From Podarcis melisellensis (taxonomy: Eukaryota), in NCBI GenBank assembly GCA_964234715.1, contig OZ174279.1: a stretch of 64,000 nt of DNA; one strand, given 5' to 3'. Shown one piece after another: positions 12,957-26,000 of the stretch. Both the position numbers and the translations under genes were made by a program. The first letter of the stretch is position 1. Every line of letters begins with the position of its first letter. The notes under the pieces were generated by a model that was given only the letters and a program-made list of their open reading frames with translations, ran no database searches and was not told where the DNA came from.

Positions 12957-13688
12957 CTGAAATAAAAGAAATATGTTTGAACTGCAACAAACCACTCAAT
13001 TCCCTCTTGTGGCACTCTACATTTGGATATTTAGAACTTATGGGGGGAATTCAACATCATGCTAAAGTAGTCTTCAGCACAAGCATTTCGGCTTGCCAGA
13101 TGGAACAATTCATTCTCGTACCCCTGCAAGCTGTCCCAGCGCTTCTTCCAACCACCAGCACCCAACCAGTTTCAGGGATACACAACCTAAAGACCTTGCT
13201 CAGGGCTTCCACTAACAGGACTTGTTAGTTGAATCTTACCCTCTGTATGTTTAAAACCTCACACTCAATGAGAAATATCCATTTAGAAAGGAAACAAAGT
13301 GTCTTTCAGAATAAATTCTGTAAATTGTGCCAGAACGTTTGCCTACTGTTAAGTCTTTTATAAAAAAAATAAGTATTTTGCTATCAAAAAAAACCCCACC
13401 CCAAATTGAAGTTCAGAGTTTGACAGCACTAAAGCACACAAATGTGTGCTTAGGGATTCTGTGTGGCATGAGTCAATCTAATCAAAACATTCTTAGGTGT
13501 ACTAGTGGCAGGATGGGGCACAGGGAGACAAGTCTGGTCTCCCTTTCACCTTCAGTTATGGCAAAATCAAGTATGAGGAGGATAATCTTTCAGTGATGAA
13601 TTAATCAACTGCATTCTCCCACCCCACCCCAAATTCCTAAACTAAATGTCCTTTAAAGGATTATATTGGATTGGTATAACCCTAGAAG

Positions 13689-14039
13689 TAAGGTAAAGGG
13701 ACGCCTGACCATTAGGTTCAGTTGTGACCGACTCTGGGGTTGCGGCGCTCATCTCACTTTATTGGCCGAGGGAGCAGGCGTACAGCTTCCGGGTCATGTG
13801 GCCAGCATGACTAAGACACTTCTGGCGAACCAGAGCAGCGCACGGAAACGTCGCTTACCTTCCCGCCAGAGCAGTACCTATTTATCTACTTGCACTTTGA
13901 CGTGCTTTCGAACTGCTAGGTTGGCAGGAGCTGGGACCGAGCAACGGGAGCTCACCCCGTTGAGGGGATTTGAACCGCCAACCTTCTGATTGGCAAGTCC
14001 TAGGCTCTGTGGTTTAACCCACAGCGCCACCCGCGTCCC
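13689..14039 (-). mobile_element. Full-length Sauria SINE (subfamily A)
   Basis: The minus strand starts GGGACGCGGGTGGCGCTGTGGG (tRNA-derived head with A/B boxes) and ends in an ACCTTT-type tail. TSD tataaccctagaa at 13675-13687 and 14043-14055. Confidence 0.92.
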
Positions 14040-14511
14040 GGTTATAACCCTAGAAAGCATCCAGTAAATACAGGAACTCTTAACATAGCCTACCATGTGG
14101 GTTTATGCTTCCAAGAAGGGGGGGGAGGGGGAGGAGGGGGAGGTGAAGTAGAGTGGACTGCAAAACTTGTGTACTGTAACATTAGCAGCTTTATCGTTGA
14201 TTGAATTTGTAAAACAATTAAAGTGCATTGTTTCTACTGCCATAAGATACATTATTTTTGTTAGAGGATGCAATTATTCATTTTGTTCATGACTTGTCAT
14301 TCAGTTGCAGCAAAGCCACACCATCAATGAGAAACAGAAAGAATATTAAAACATGCAACTCAATAGCTAATTCCTAATGTGACACCAATGCAATTTTAAA
14401 TTTTTTATTCAATATTAAATTTTGACCCTTAGTTGGCAATAACAACTGCAGAGGCAAAATGCTGAGCAAATACTTTTCAGAGACAGAATGACAGTCAGTC
14501 CTGTTATTCTA

Positions 14512-14868
14512 AAGGTAAAGGTACCCCTGCCCGTACGGGCCAGTCTTGACAGACTCTGGGGTTGTGCGCCCATCTCACTTAAGAGGCCAGGGGCCAGCGC
14601 TGTCTGGAGACACTTCCGGGTCACGTGGCCAGCGTGACATCGCTGCTCTGGCGAGCCAGAGCCACACACGGAAACGCCGTTTACCTTCCCGCTGGTAAGC
14701 GGTCCCTATTTATCTACTTGCACCCGGAGGTGCTTTCGAACTGCTAGGTTGGCAGGCGCTGGGACAGAGCAGCGGGAGCGCACCCCGCCGCAGGGATTCG
14801 AACCGCCAACCTTTCGATCGGCAAGTCCTAGGCGCTGAGGCTTTAACCCACAGCGCCACCTGTGTCCC
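14512..14868 (-). mobile_element. Full-length Sauria SINE (subfamily B)
   Basis: Same head and body with a different 3' segment (ggcccgtacgggcaggggtacctttacc). Perfect 12-bp TSD cctgttattcta at 14500-14511 and 14869-14880. Confidence 0.92.
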
Positions 14869-15876
14869 CCTGTTATTCTAGTTACACTTAAAAAGGAAAT
14901 GAACAAGACCATACAACTGAGTTGCTGGATTTACAAATTACTGTTGTCCATTATATATACTTATAAAGGAAAAAATGCCTTCAAACTCTTGTCTGCCTCA
15001 ACTATTGGATTTTCTGTCACCAAGAGAAATCAGGTGACAGATCACAGGCTGCCTTGCCTGTCTCCTATGTAGGTCAGGAAAAAGCTGAAGCTTGCTAACA
15101 GGTTAACTTTAGGACTCTAAATTATTATTGTGAACACACTTCAAACTCTAGTGAATTTATTCCTTTTCCAAATCCCCCACCCCCTAAAAACCAAGTCAAT
15201 ATAGGCATCCAGCTATAGGAATAGTAAAATAATCAAATTACTTATACTGAAGAAGTTATAAGGTCTGATTAGCAGAAAAAAATACTTTGTTATAGGAGAC
15301 ATTTCCTAAATGAGGATCACACTGTCTTTGGCTTTAATAGGGAATGGAATCATTTGCACCAAATGTTTCAGCACAAACTGTTCCAAGAGCTCATATATTA
15401 ATGAACTATTTACATTTTCTCTCCACGTGCACACTAATGTTACTTTAGGCAACTCTGGTAGAAAGTACATAATTCACTCTGACTCAACCAAACATATGTT
15501 GTAATTTCATTCCCCAAGAATGGTTTCAACATTTATTTGCTTCTGACAACCATTTATTTCTACTGACAACCAAAATTTAACTTCAAAGATGTGCCACCTA
15601 TGCCATGAGATCCAGTAACTAGCTACATAGCCCCAGGTTCCTATACAGTGATTTCAAGGAAACAGGGTAGCAGGAGCATTCTAGCACCCCCTTAGCCAAA
15701 CTGGCTTTTACTCCAATATCACACCTTATTTGGTGCAGTGTACCACTCCCTCTTCAATGCATAAACCAGTCTTCGTTCCTCCAGAGGCTCCATGCCTAAA
15801 TAGCCCCCTAGATAATCAAATAAGCAGTTGCCAATGGGGCCACATCACAGCTAGAATGAAGCTCACTTAGGGAATA

Positions 15877-16115
15877 CAGTCATACCTCCGGTTGTGAACG
15901 CTGCAGGTTGTGTGTTTTCGTGTTACAGACTGCGCCGAACCCAGAAGTACCGGAACGGATTATTTCCGGGTTTTGGTGCTCGCGCATGTGCAAAATCGCT
16001 AAATCACACTTTGCGCATAAGCACCGAATCACGTCATGTGTGTGCAAAGACGCGGTGCTGCGGGTTGTGAACATGCCTCCCGCATGGATCACGTTCGCAA
16101 CCCGAAGTATGACTG
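15877..16115. mobile_element. Tc1/mariner (Tigger/pogo-type) MITE
   Basis: TA|CAGTCATACCTCCGGTTGTGAAC...GTTCGCAACCCGAAGTATGACTG|TA: TIRs with a TA TSD. Confidence 0.85.
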
Positions 16116-16512
16116 TATAGGAAAACAAGGGGAAAGTTATGGATAGATGCCCAACAACCAGACAGGCACATGATGAAACTACCAGTGTGTCTGCTGTGTA
16201 CACAAGATGACCTCTGAGACTGTCAATAAAGGGATGCACACCAACATTACTGACAGTGGAAGACATCAAACACTAGTCATAATCAAGACCCACTGATGTC
16301 AAAAGATCCAAAGTATGTCATCTTCCTCCCATATAATCAGTCTCTGACACTGATCAAGACTACCATATTGAGTTTGCCATTTACAGTATGTGCTAAGTTG
16401 GGACAGTAAGGTTATGCACAGAGGTTCCCAGTGATAATTAAACAGAGGGGTGCTTCAATTCAACAACAAAAAAGCATAACTTCAGTTAGAGGATGAATTA
16501 GAAAACAATTAC

Positions 16513-16598
16513 CTTGTTATAGAATTCTAGTTCTCTGGGCCCTCGAGGTGGTGGCTGCAATTGTTTGAGGACTGTGCCATCAGGATGCTGCAGGATGC
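16513..16598 (-). CDS. IPMK: IPMK coding exon 2 (86 nt)
   Basis: gtttcccag|GCATCCTG...AACAAG|gtaatt. Encodes (G)ILQHPDGTVLKQLQPPPRGPRELEFYNK. Confidence 0.96.
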
Positions 16599-18203
16599 CT
16601 GGGAAACAACAAATACATTTGTTCACATCTTAACTTCAGCATGCTTTTGAGTCCAACTATGATAACATAATCTAGTATATACACTAAATGTTAAAAAAAA
16701 ACCACAAGAGTTCTTGTTAGGGGGAAAAGTAAGAGTTCGTGTTAGGAAGCAGCTTTCTTTAAATGAAATCAAAAACACAGAGAACATACACCTTACCTTT
16801 AGAGTCTGGTACTTATCCTGAAGACCAGGCAAATCTTTCACACATGGTTTGCATGTAATGCTAAGCCATGATTTGTTTAACAAATCAGTAGTTAACCATA
16901 AATTATCCCACGGATTTGTCAAACTATGGTTTGTTTCTCCAAAGTTTGGTCTGTTTCCCATCTGCTCTAGCCTCATGCATTTGTACCCTGGTGAGCATCT
17001 GGAGTGGAGTAGCCAAGCAAACTATGGCTAAGGAAAGTGCTGAGCTCACATGTAATGCTAAGCCATAGCTAAAACGAAGACAGGCTCATAAGCAACAGGC
17101 CATGGCTTCAAATCATGGATGACCGGCAATAAGGAAACAATAGATAAGCTGCTGGGAAGGGTTCACACGTAATGCTGAACCATGGCCTAGCTACACAAGA
17201 ACCAGGACAAATGTGGAGCAATAGTTTTGTTATTTTGCAGCTAACTTCTCTGCTATTTTTCAATCACCAAAACAGTGTTAGTTCTGAACAGTTTCATCTC
17301 ACTGAAGTTTCTTCACAGCAGTGGTAACTTAAAATTTAATCTTTAAACATTTATTTGCAACTACTGGAATAAGCCCTTTGGATCCAAATGAAACTTCAAT
17401 ATCATGCCGTTTTTTTTCTTTCTAATGATGTTATTCAAGACATTCAAGACAGGCAATATTAATACAACCACAACGTCACAAATTAAAATTGAGACTCATT
17501 CTAGGCTGCAGTATTACCATTAGGACAACAGACTACAATAAATGTTATCTCCACTAGTTGAAAAATAACCAAGGTTTCTATTTAGTAATCGTTAATAGTT
17601 ATAAAAATCAGCCTTTGGACTTTATTATTAGTAAAACTTTAGCTTCTAGGTAAAATTGAACATAATGTTATTTTCAGCAATAAATCTTTGTTGTTACAGT
17701 CACATTATGCAACCCTGAGTGAAGCCACAATCAAAACCACTTTGTCAGACAAGCAAAATATGAGTGTTTACCCCTTCCCACCTCTATTATAAATTCCCTT
17801 TATTAAGAATTTTAAGTAATCAGAGCACATGTCAGAACAGCCTTTTTCTAGTGTAGTGGAGAGAGCAACTCTCATAGGAGTCTCTCCACTTTTTGAAATT
17901 CTGTGTGTGCTAGCAACTAGGGAAAGGCAATTTAAGGTAAGAAGCTGGGACAGTGATAAGAGAAGTAAGATCTTCTCAGTGATGACCCCAATACTTCATA
18001 AATATTTACTCATGAAAGACTACTTCAGCCCAAGCTTGTTTATTTTCCGAAAACAAAGTTTTACTACAACAAATTTTTAACTGGGAAACTTAAAAGGGTA
18101 TTTTAATGTGCTCCACTATTTCAACAGTTTAATAGTGGAATATATAGGCTGTCGTGTTTACTTTTTTGTATTTGTGATTCTATGATTTTATGTATGGAAA
18201 TCA

Positions 18204-18445
18204 TACATAAAGCCCTGCTGGATCTGATCAAACAACTCCAGTTCAGCATTATGCTTCCCACATTGGCTACGAGATGCCTATGGGAAGCCCATGAGCAGGA
18301 CATAACTGCAGTAGCACTATCTTCTTCCAACTCTACAATTTTATGATTCTATGATTCAATCCTAGCTGGCATTCAGAAGCATACATACTAGCTCTGATAC
18401 TGGAAGAAATATAGCCAGCACAACAAAAAGCCATTGGTATTCTTA
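18204..18445 (-). mobile_element. Old CR1-like LINE 3' fragment
   Basis: acataaagccctgctggatctgatc...gatgcctatgggaagccc...ctggcattcagaagc, homologous to 47630-47890 and to the reverse of 39660-39970. Confidence 0.6.
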
Positions 18446-19374
18446 TAGCCCAAGAAAACCTATGGAATAAGTAAAGTATAAATATAATATAGACTGATAT
18501 AGCAGATCTCACCTTATGAATATGTGTTTAAAAAGTATCTTTCATTCACAGAACTCTAATATACATGACACTCCACAGTAACAATACAAAATCAAGGAGC
18601 TTATAATCTAAATTTCAGCAGTGAGGAGGAGTTGGGAGAACAGAAAAATACACGGGATGGAATAAAATGCAGTTACGCTAACATAAGGAGGGCTGTAAGC
18701 ACTCTGCACTTAAAAAATAAACCCTGAAAATCTGCACCAAGGTAACCCCAGATCTGCATCACACACGCAAAAATACCTTGTGATCTGTGTGAGTTACGCA
18801 AATGTAGGAAAGTTGCTTATTTTCTTGTTTTAAATATCATTCAGTCACCACTTTAGTTTCTGAGATTCCAGAAGGCATTAACCATGCATTTTCATACCTA
18901 TATTTGTAGTCAACAAGGGCTGGAAACACTTTTTTTAAAAAATCTGGAAGCTAAATTCTGTATCCACTACCACGTACATGCCAGAGCCCTGAACTTCAAC
19001 TTCTTATAATCCATGCAAATTTGTTATTCCTGAAGTTGACTGCAACAGGGATAGCTCTCAATCATGGTGTGTCCCCCCCCCCCCCCCCCGCGAGAGAAGA
19101 GACACACATTATGACCTTAGAAGGATGTTGGCTTAAGCAGAAGTCAGTGAGGAAGGTTAATCATGAAATTGCAGCTAAGCAATCTATGTTCTCACTTAAA
19201 AATCCTCTCCTTTCAGGAGCAAACCGGTTTTCTTGTGAAATCCTTGCTTTTCAGTTGTTCCATTTGAACCTATGCTTTTGTAACTATCTGCATTTCACAG
19301 GTCAACAATGTTATAAAAATGAATAATTGCATCTTATAAAAATATAAAGATGCAAATGCAAGAATATGATGGGG

Positions 19375-19568
19375 ATGAATATTTACATGTTGAGCTTGAA
19401 CATGTATCAGACCCAGTTTCAAATTCCTGCTCAGCTTCAAAATTTATTGCACAGCCTTGGGCAAATCACCCTCTATCAGTTTAACCTGAATCATGACATT
19501 GTTTTGGTGCTAAAACACATTGCTATGAGCTTCCTGGAAGAAAGAATAGGGTGCAAATACAATAAATG
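19375..19568 (+). mobile_element. Old MIR/CORE-like SINE
   Basis: gacccagtttcaaattcctgctcagc...cttgggcaaatcac...ttcctggaagaa...aaatacaataaa. Similar decayed copies at about 24150-24325 and 44530-44690. Confidence 0.5.
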
Positions 19569-20079
19569 TTGATTTTCACCACTTTTTGAACTCAGTATGA
19601 GTACTCTACAAGTGTGAATGAGTTAAGAGAAACCATCTAGTTCGGTTACTGAAGAAAAGGGGGCATACATCAATCAGGTGATCTACAACTTGCTAGAGGG
19701 CCTTCTCAGCAACAGCACCCAGGTTATTTATTCAAATCATTTCTATATAACATTATATTTTTGAAAAGTTCTCTAAGTGGATTACAACCCATCTTAAAAC
19801 ATCAAATTCCAAAATCTCAATAAATATTACAACTGAAAATTTAAGTACAAAAATACAATAAAGACATTAAAGCAGCATAATTAAGAGGAAAACAAAATAT
19901 GTTCCTAATTTTTAAAAATGCAAGTAAAAATTAAATACAATAACAATTCCACTTAGAAAGTATTTTAGCCAAATTAAAATGAGATAGAAACTGTAACCAC
20001 ACTTCCATCTCCACAGTAACATGCCCCAGACACAGCCTTAGCACTCCTCTACATAAGAACCTCACTCTCAAGTACTGTA

Positions 20080-20321
20080 CAGTGGTACTTCGGGTTAAGT
20101 ACTTAATTCGTTCCGGAGATCCATTCTTAACCTGAAACTGTTCTTAACCTGAAGCACCACTTTAGCTAATGGGGCCTGCTGCTGCTGCCGCGCCACTGCC
20201 ATGCAATTTCTGTTCTCACCCTGAAACAAAGTTCTTTATCCTAGGTACTATTTCTGGGTTAGCGGAGTCTGTAATCTGAAGTGCATGTAACCTGAAGCAA
20301 ATGTAACCCGAGGTACCACTG
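20080..20321. mobile_element. Tc1/mariner (Tigger/pogo-type) MITE
   Basis: TA|CAGTGGTACTTCGGGTTA...TAACCCGAGGTACCACTG|TA. Confidence 0.85.
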
Positions 20322-21799
20322 TATTCCCACTAACTATACTCATAACACAGCTAATCCCCACCCAACTATTTGTTGCCAACCAGAACTCTGGTTTGCAAAA
20401 CATCCCCAGAAGCATTAAGCACAGGTTACAGCCAGCTCATTGACTCACCTCTATCTCGGTCAATATATTATCATATAAACAAAAACATTATCCGTTCTCC
20501 TTCCTCTCTCCCACCCGGGTAGGGTCTTTGGGTGGTATCAAGCAACTTTACAAATACCTGCCAAAGAAGGAGAAGAAGTGCCATGGGAGGAGAAGCAACC
20601 AGTATGCTGAAAAACCTAACCATGGTTAAGTGATCAGGCACTTTTCCACTTCATCTTAGTGCAGATGTATTTGTCTAATACTGGCTGATCATGTCTGATT
20701 TGTTTAATACAAAGACTAGAGGAACCTACCTAGGAAAGAAAAATAGAACAACCAAAATCTGTCTCTTGTAACGGCATCTTATATATGCACATGTAAAGCC
20801 CCTCCAGTTGCCATATAAATCACTTTAAGTGGCACAATCTCTTTAAGTTCCTCATTGTATTCATGTCCATTTGCCACAAAACACAATGTAAATACAAGGA
20901 TAAACACATTTTCTGCAGTGATGAAATTTCTCCCTAATGAATGCCAAATCTTCTGTTTACTCAAAACAGGAGTACATCAGTGTGTTTATTCTTCATGCAA
21001 TTTGTTTCCTGTAGAAAACCAAAACAAGATTTCACAATTAAAGTAACTGCTTTTGGGATTTCTGGAGCAGAATCGCAGGCATTATTTTCCAAACCTACCA
21101 ATCCAATTTCCTTTTTTCTTTGGGGTGGGGTGGTGAAGAGAGAATCAGGTCATTTCCCCAGCTTCAAAACTTCCTATTCATAAACATTAAACCTACAAAA
21201 CACCTCAGATTAAGACTACATGCTTAGGTATCAACAAGAAAAGCAGGGACCTTGTAGGTAGATACCCCTGAAGATTTAGAAAGAGCAGGGAGGTCATACT
21301 ATTAGAAAACCAAATTAACACAAAAAATGTGCAGCAGCAAACACAACAAAGACACCATAAAAGAAAGTGCTTTAAACAGCTTATTAGGCAGGAGAATGTG
21401 TCATTTCATTATTGCTCCATTAGTACATTCCCAATAAAGAAATTTTTTTTTTACTGTAAACCACCAAGGTGTATACAAACAGAGACAGTAGAATACCACT
21501 GTGTTGTTTTGTAAGGAAAAAAGCAAGCTGAAGTTCTGCGTGGATTTAAAAAACCTTCAAATTCTACTTTTGAAAATCCATTTCAGAGCATCATTTTCAG
21601 CTGTCATATACAGTAACACACCCTGTCCTTCCTACACATATTGCTCAAGATGGCTTACAATTAACATGCCTATTTTTAATTAATACTATTGTTGCATAGA
21701 GCCACAGCCAGTAGTCTTTTTCAGCTGGGTTCAGAGGCTGGATTGGGGGAGCCTGGAAAGACCATTCAGCCATAAAAAAAAAGTCACTACAAGACCTCA

Positions 21800-23020
21800 A
21801 AGCGGTCTCTCGCCGGATTAGAGACGACGACAAAATTAAGCAACCCCACGCATGCAAGGGACGTCTTGAATATTACTCACACGGCTCAGAGAGAGGGCTG
21901 TCAGAAAGAGAGACACAAGCAACCCACAACGTTAAGGACACACCGATGTCGTAAGCAAAAACGAAACTCGTCCTGGTATTATTATTTAACACTAGGGCAC
22001 TGGATCCCACACACCAAAAACACGCACGCGCGTGCATAAACGTGCATAAACACACACACACACTTGGAAACGTTGACGGGAATAACACCCAAGGCAGAAA
22101 AAACCGGACTTTGGTTGCTTTGTATCCAGATCCAAACCCACTCTAATTCCTGAGCGCGGACCCAAGGGACATGGCTTGGGTTGGGGGGGGGTACCTGAGC
22201 AGCCCCACTTCCCACTCCCTGCCGAAGGGGTGCCCGGCTTCCTGCCTCCCTTTAGGACCCGCCCCACACACGCACCCAGCCACCCACCCACCCCAGGCCT
22301 GCCACTTACCGCCCTTATCCTTGCCGTACATGTGCCCAGCCACCTGGTGAGACAGCGGCACGCAGCCGTTGAGCAGCCGGGCGCTCCTCCCTCCTCCTTC
22401 CTCTTCTCCCTCCGCCGACGACGACGCCGCGGAGCCCGGAGGCACGTCCGCCTTGGCGCCCCGAAGAAGCCGCTCGGGCTCCCTGCTCGCCGCACAGCGC
22501 GGGGGCTCGGTGGCCATTTCCTCGGAGGCTCCCGCCGCCGCCGCCACCACCTCCTCCTCTTCCTCCCCGCCTTCAAGGGCCTCCTCCGCCGTTGCCTCCG
22601 CTGCCGCCGCTCGCCGTTCGCAGCCCAGGCCAGGCCCGCGGCTCCATGGCGTGCGCCCCCGCCCGCAGTGCTTCCACTCCCTCAGGCGAGCGGAGCGGAG
22701 GCTTCCCTCGGCCGCCTCAACCGCTCGGGTCGACTGACTAAGCGGCACTGAGGAGAGAGAGCGAGAGAGAGAGCGATAGGCAGCACCTCAGCGTTACTGG
22801 GCCTGCGCGGCTCGCAGCGAGCCTGCGCAGTACCGGCGGCTGAAGCCGTTCGTCCCTGGCTTGGGCGGGGGGCGGCTTCTGAATGGTTTCCCCTACGCGG
22901 CTATTCGGTACGCGAGGAAGAGGCAGCGCTGCTGTTATCAAGGGCACAGCGCTACCTGACAGCCGCGCCCTTCTGTGCGGTGGTAAACCTTCCTTCTAAG
23001 CTGAGGGGTCCGGGGCCGAC
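21800..23020. promoter_or_regulatory. CpG island / promoter of IPMK
   Basis: Very GC- and CpG-rich stretch spanning exon 1, with NRF1-like GCCTGCGC motifs at 22801-22830. Boundaries approximate. Confidence 0.8.
22310..22517 (-). CDS. IPMK: IPMK coding exon 1 (208 nt)
   Basis: ATG at 22517 (gaggaaATGG). Encodes MATEPP...RLLNGCVPLSHQVAGHMYGKDKG(G). Donor G|gtaagt at 22309. Confidence 0.94.
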
Positions 23021-26000
23021 CCAAGACCTTTTGGCACATGAGAATGGTGCCCCCTTCGCCATGGAAGATCTACTACATCAGGAGCAATCAGGGTGCCAAC
23101 TTGGATAAAATTGAATAATTGGATATTGAATTGAACTGGTATTCGATTGAACATTGAATAAAATATTGGCACAGGTAAGCTCTGCCCCACCGCATCTGAA
23201 TGGTAATGCCCATCAACTTTGGGGGTGCCCGGCCCTCTACAATATTTGATTGGGGGCAAAGGGACTTTGACTCTTGGAAGTTGGTTCCTATGAGAACAAT
23301 GGAGAGATAAAGATCTCAACCGGGATCTACTGATTAGCAGAGCTTCCAAGTGTCCCTGTTTTCCAGGGACAGTCCCGGATTTACAGAAGCCGCCTCGGTT
23401 TCCGATTTGATCCTGGAATGTCCTACTTTTCCTTAAGACGTCCATGTTTTCATTGGAGAAAAGTTGGAGGGCATGCACCCCATGAGTGGGCCAGCCCTAC
23501 TGTTGTCTAGGGCGTGGTGAGAGGGAGAAAGCACTCTGCATGTGCTCTGCGGAAGGGAGGTCCCAGTACATATTATTTTTACGGAACTGAGCTCTAGTAA
23601 TAAACCACAAGTTCTGCTACAAACTAAACTCTGCCACAGTGGACTCCAACTCCGCTCTCAGCAGCCCAAGCCTAGCATGGTCAATTGTTAGATATACCGT
23701 AATGGAAATTGAAGTTCAGCAACATGGGATCAAAGGTTCCCCACCCTTGGTCTGACAAAGCTCACTTTGAGGCAAGACTGGCCCCCTACTCCTGATTTTA
23801 AATAAGGCTCAAGGTGAAGGCCATGAGTGATGTCTCACTTTGAGCAAAGTTGCTCTCCTCACACTGGTAGCCTTTTTTAGCCTTTAGACTTCTGCTAGAC
23901 AGCTAGAGGATACATTTCTAGTAAGCACACTTCCTAAGTTGTAAATGCCCCATTGGACTTACTTTGAGTAAATATGTTTAGTAACACAAAGCATCCAAGT
24001 CACAGTCTTGAATTCACCATTTCTTACTTCACCCATTAAGCACCGTGATATTGCAAGAGAGCAAGGATTCTGCAGGTGGGATGGCAAGATGGAGGAAAGG
24101 TTCATACAACAGACCAAGGGACACTCTGGGAGAATAGTTAAGAGTGTTGAACTAGGAGTGGTTAAAATCCCCACACAGCTTTGAAACTCACTAGATAACC
24201 TTGGGCCAATCACTTCATCTCCATCTAATCTCCTTCACAGGATTGTTGATCTGATAAAGGGGAGGGGAAACTGTGTGTTTCACTTACCGGTAGCTCCTTG
24301 GAGGAACAGGGACAGAAATATGGCAAGTAAAATCAGTTTGAATGACATGTGAAACTATGCCACAAGTATGCATTTAAGATATGGCAATTGAAATATGGGT
24401 AGTTTCTTCCACCAGCTTTTGCTCCATATGTGTAATATATCTCCATTTCCTAATAAGTCTGACACTATAAAATTCAGAGACTTTGTAGCTAGGAAACTGA
24501 ACAGGACACCCTGAGCAGAAGACAGGAAGAGAAAAGGGCATTATCTCCTCTCAGTTTGAGAAGGAACCACGTTCCCCCCCAAAAAAAATTGTCTGTCAAC
24601 AGATTAAAATCTTCATATTTTCCTAATTAACAATTTCCTGTTTTGTGAGAGGCTTGGCCCAGCAGGATCTTTATAGGGTTAATGTCAATAACTTTGTTGC
24701 TCCAGTTGCAATGACTACCGATTAGTTTATTTGCATAAGTCAACATGCTACATATTATGTTTAAAACCATAAATGGCTTGGGACCAAAATACATAAAGAA
24801 CCTGTCCTATCAAGGAGGTGTATTTGACAGGAATACTGCCCTTCCCTTTAACAGCACCCAAGCTGTGGAACTCCCTGCCTGGACTCCACCTTACCATCTT
24901 TTCACCACCGAGAGCAATCTTAAAACACAAGAAGCAGGTATAAATTGAACCAACATAAACTAAGTCAGCAAACGTACACCGGATCCAAATGCCATTGAGG
25001 ACCAGGCTGAACTGCCCTAACCTGGAAGAGGGAAAACAAGCCTTTAAATTGAGTTACACCACTCTTTTCGTTGCCTTAATTTACTCCAGGTTCCTAGGTC
25101 ACATAACCAACATGCATGTGATTAGGATTCAGCCTAGGTTTCACTCCCTTCTGTCCTGCCCCCACCACACCCCTTTTTCAGAGTTTACATGGTCTTAAGA
25201 TCCAATAGGCTCTGCTGAGCCAGCATGGAGGAGATATGCTAGCCTATGTCTGGCTGAGCCAGGTTAAGGGAGTTAAGCTGATCAGCTGGATCCTAACTCC
25301 ACTCAACCTGGCAGATCTAGACTTAGAATTGTGCCCCAAGCCTTGTTTAGGCAATTGTTCTGTTAGGTAAACCAATTTTTTTCTTTTTGCTCTTTTCTTG
25401 AGTCTCTCTCAACTTTTTTATTTGATTGCATTTGTATAATAACAGTTTCAGTATCTTTTTAAATTTTCTGTAAGCGCCCCAGGATGCCACATAACAAAAA
25501 GACAGGAGACAAATGCTTCTGCATGTAAAATATCTAAAATACAGTAGAAGCTGCAGTGTTACTAACAGACAACAAGGACTATCACAAACATAAGTTGCTA
25601 CAATGCTGAAACCCTGGCTGCTGCCAAATAGTAATGACTGCCTGCAGCCATTTATTCACAAGGTTTGCAGTACTAGAAGTGATTTAATTATTCAGCTTCA
25701 TAAATTTAACTCAAGGTTGTTAAAGGAGTCACACACTGGCAAGAAAAGGCTACATGTAATATCTGCCCAATAGCAGTGAACAAATTGTGCTGTAGACCCA
25801 GCAGTCTCATACTGACGCACACTATCTGTGGTACTCAGAGTTCTCAGTGTTTAATGCCTTCCTCTTATGCACTCCAAATATATATATATATATGCCTTTA
25901 CTATTTCCTCCAGAGCATAGAGGGGCCCACAACTAAATAAAGGGTTAGAGTCAGGGCAAAACAAGAGCTCAGTTCCAGGAAAAAAATTTTTTTTACTAAA

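Noticed and set aside
13960-14039. tRNA-like A/B-box sequences (also near 14790-14868 and 40830-40909)
   Set aside because: These are the tRNA-derived heads of Sauria SINEs, not tRNA genes.
16830-17210. AACCATGGTT-rich palindromic stretch (also about 28060-28460), and short palindromes at about 35800, 41440, 50970 and 59460
   Set aside because: They look like decayed small DNA-transposon derivatives common in reptiles; ends and family could not be defined reliably. They are not CRISPR-like arrays.
22518-22748. In-frame 77-codon N-terminal extension of IPMK (ORF 22143..22748)
   Set aside because: It starts at GTG with no in-frame ATG. GC-rich leaders lack stops by composition, and the MATEPP start matches orthologs.
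21992-22947. Overlapping long ORFs on both strands in the IPMK CpG island
   Set aside because: Low-complexity Arg/Pro/Ala translations expected from high GC; only exon 1 is supported.
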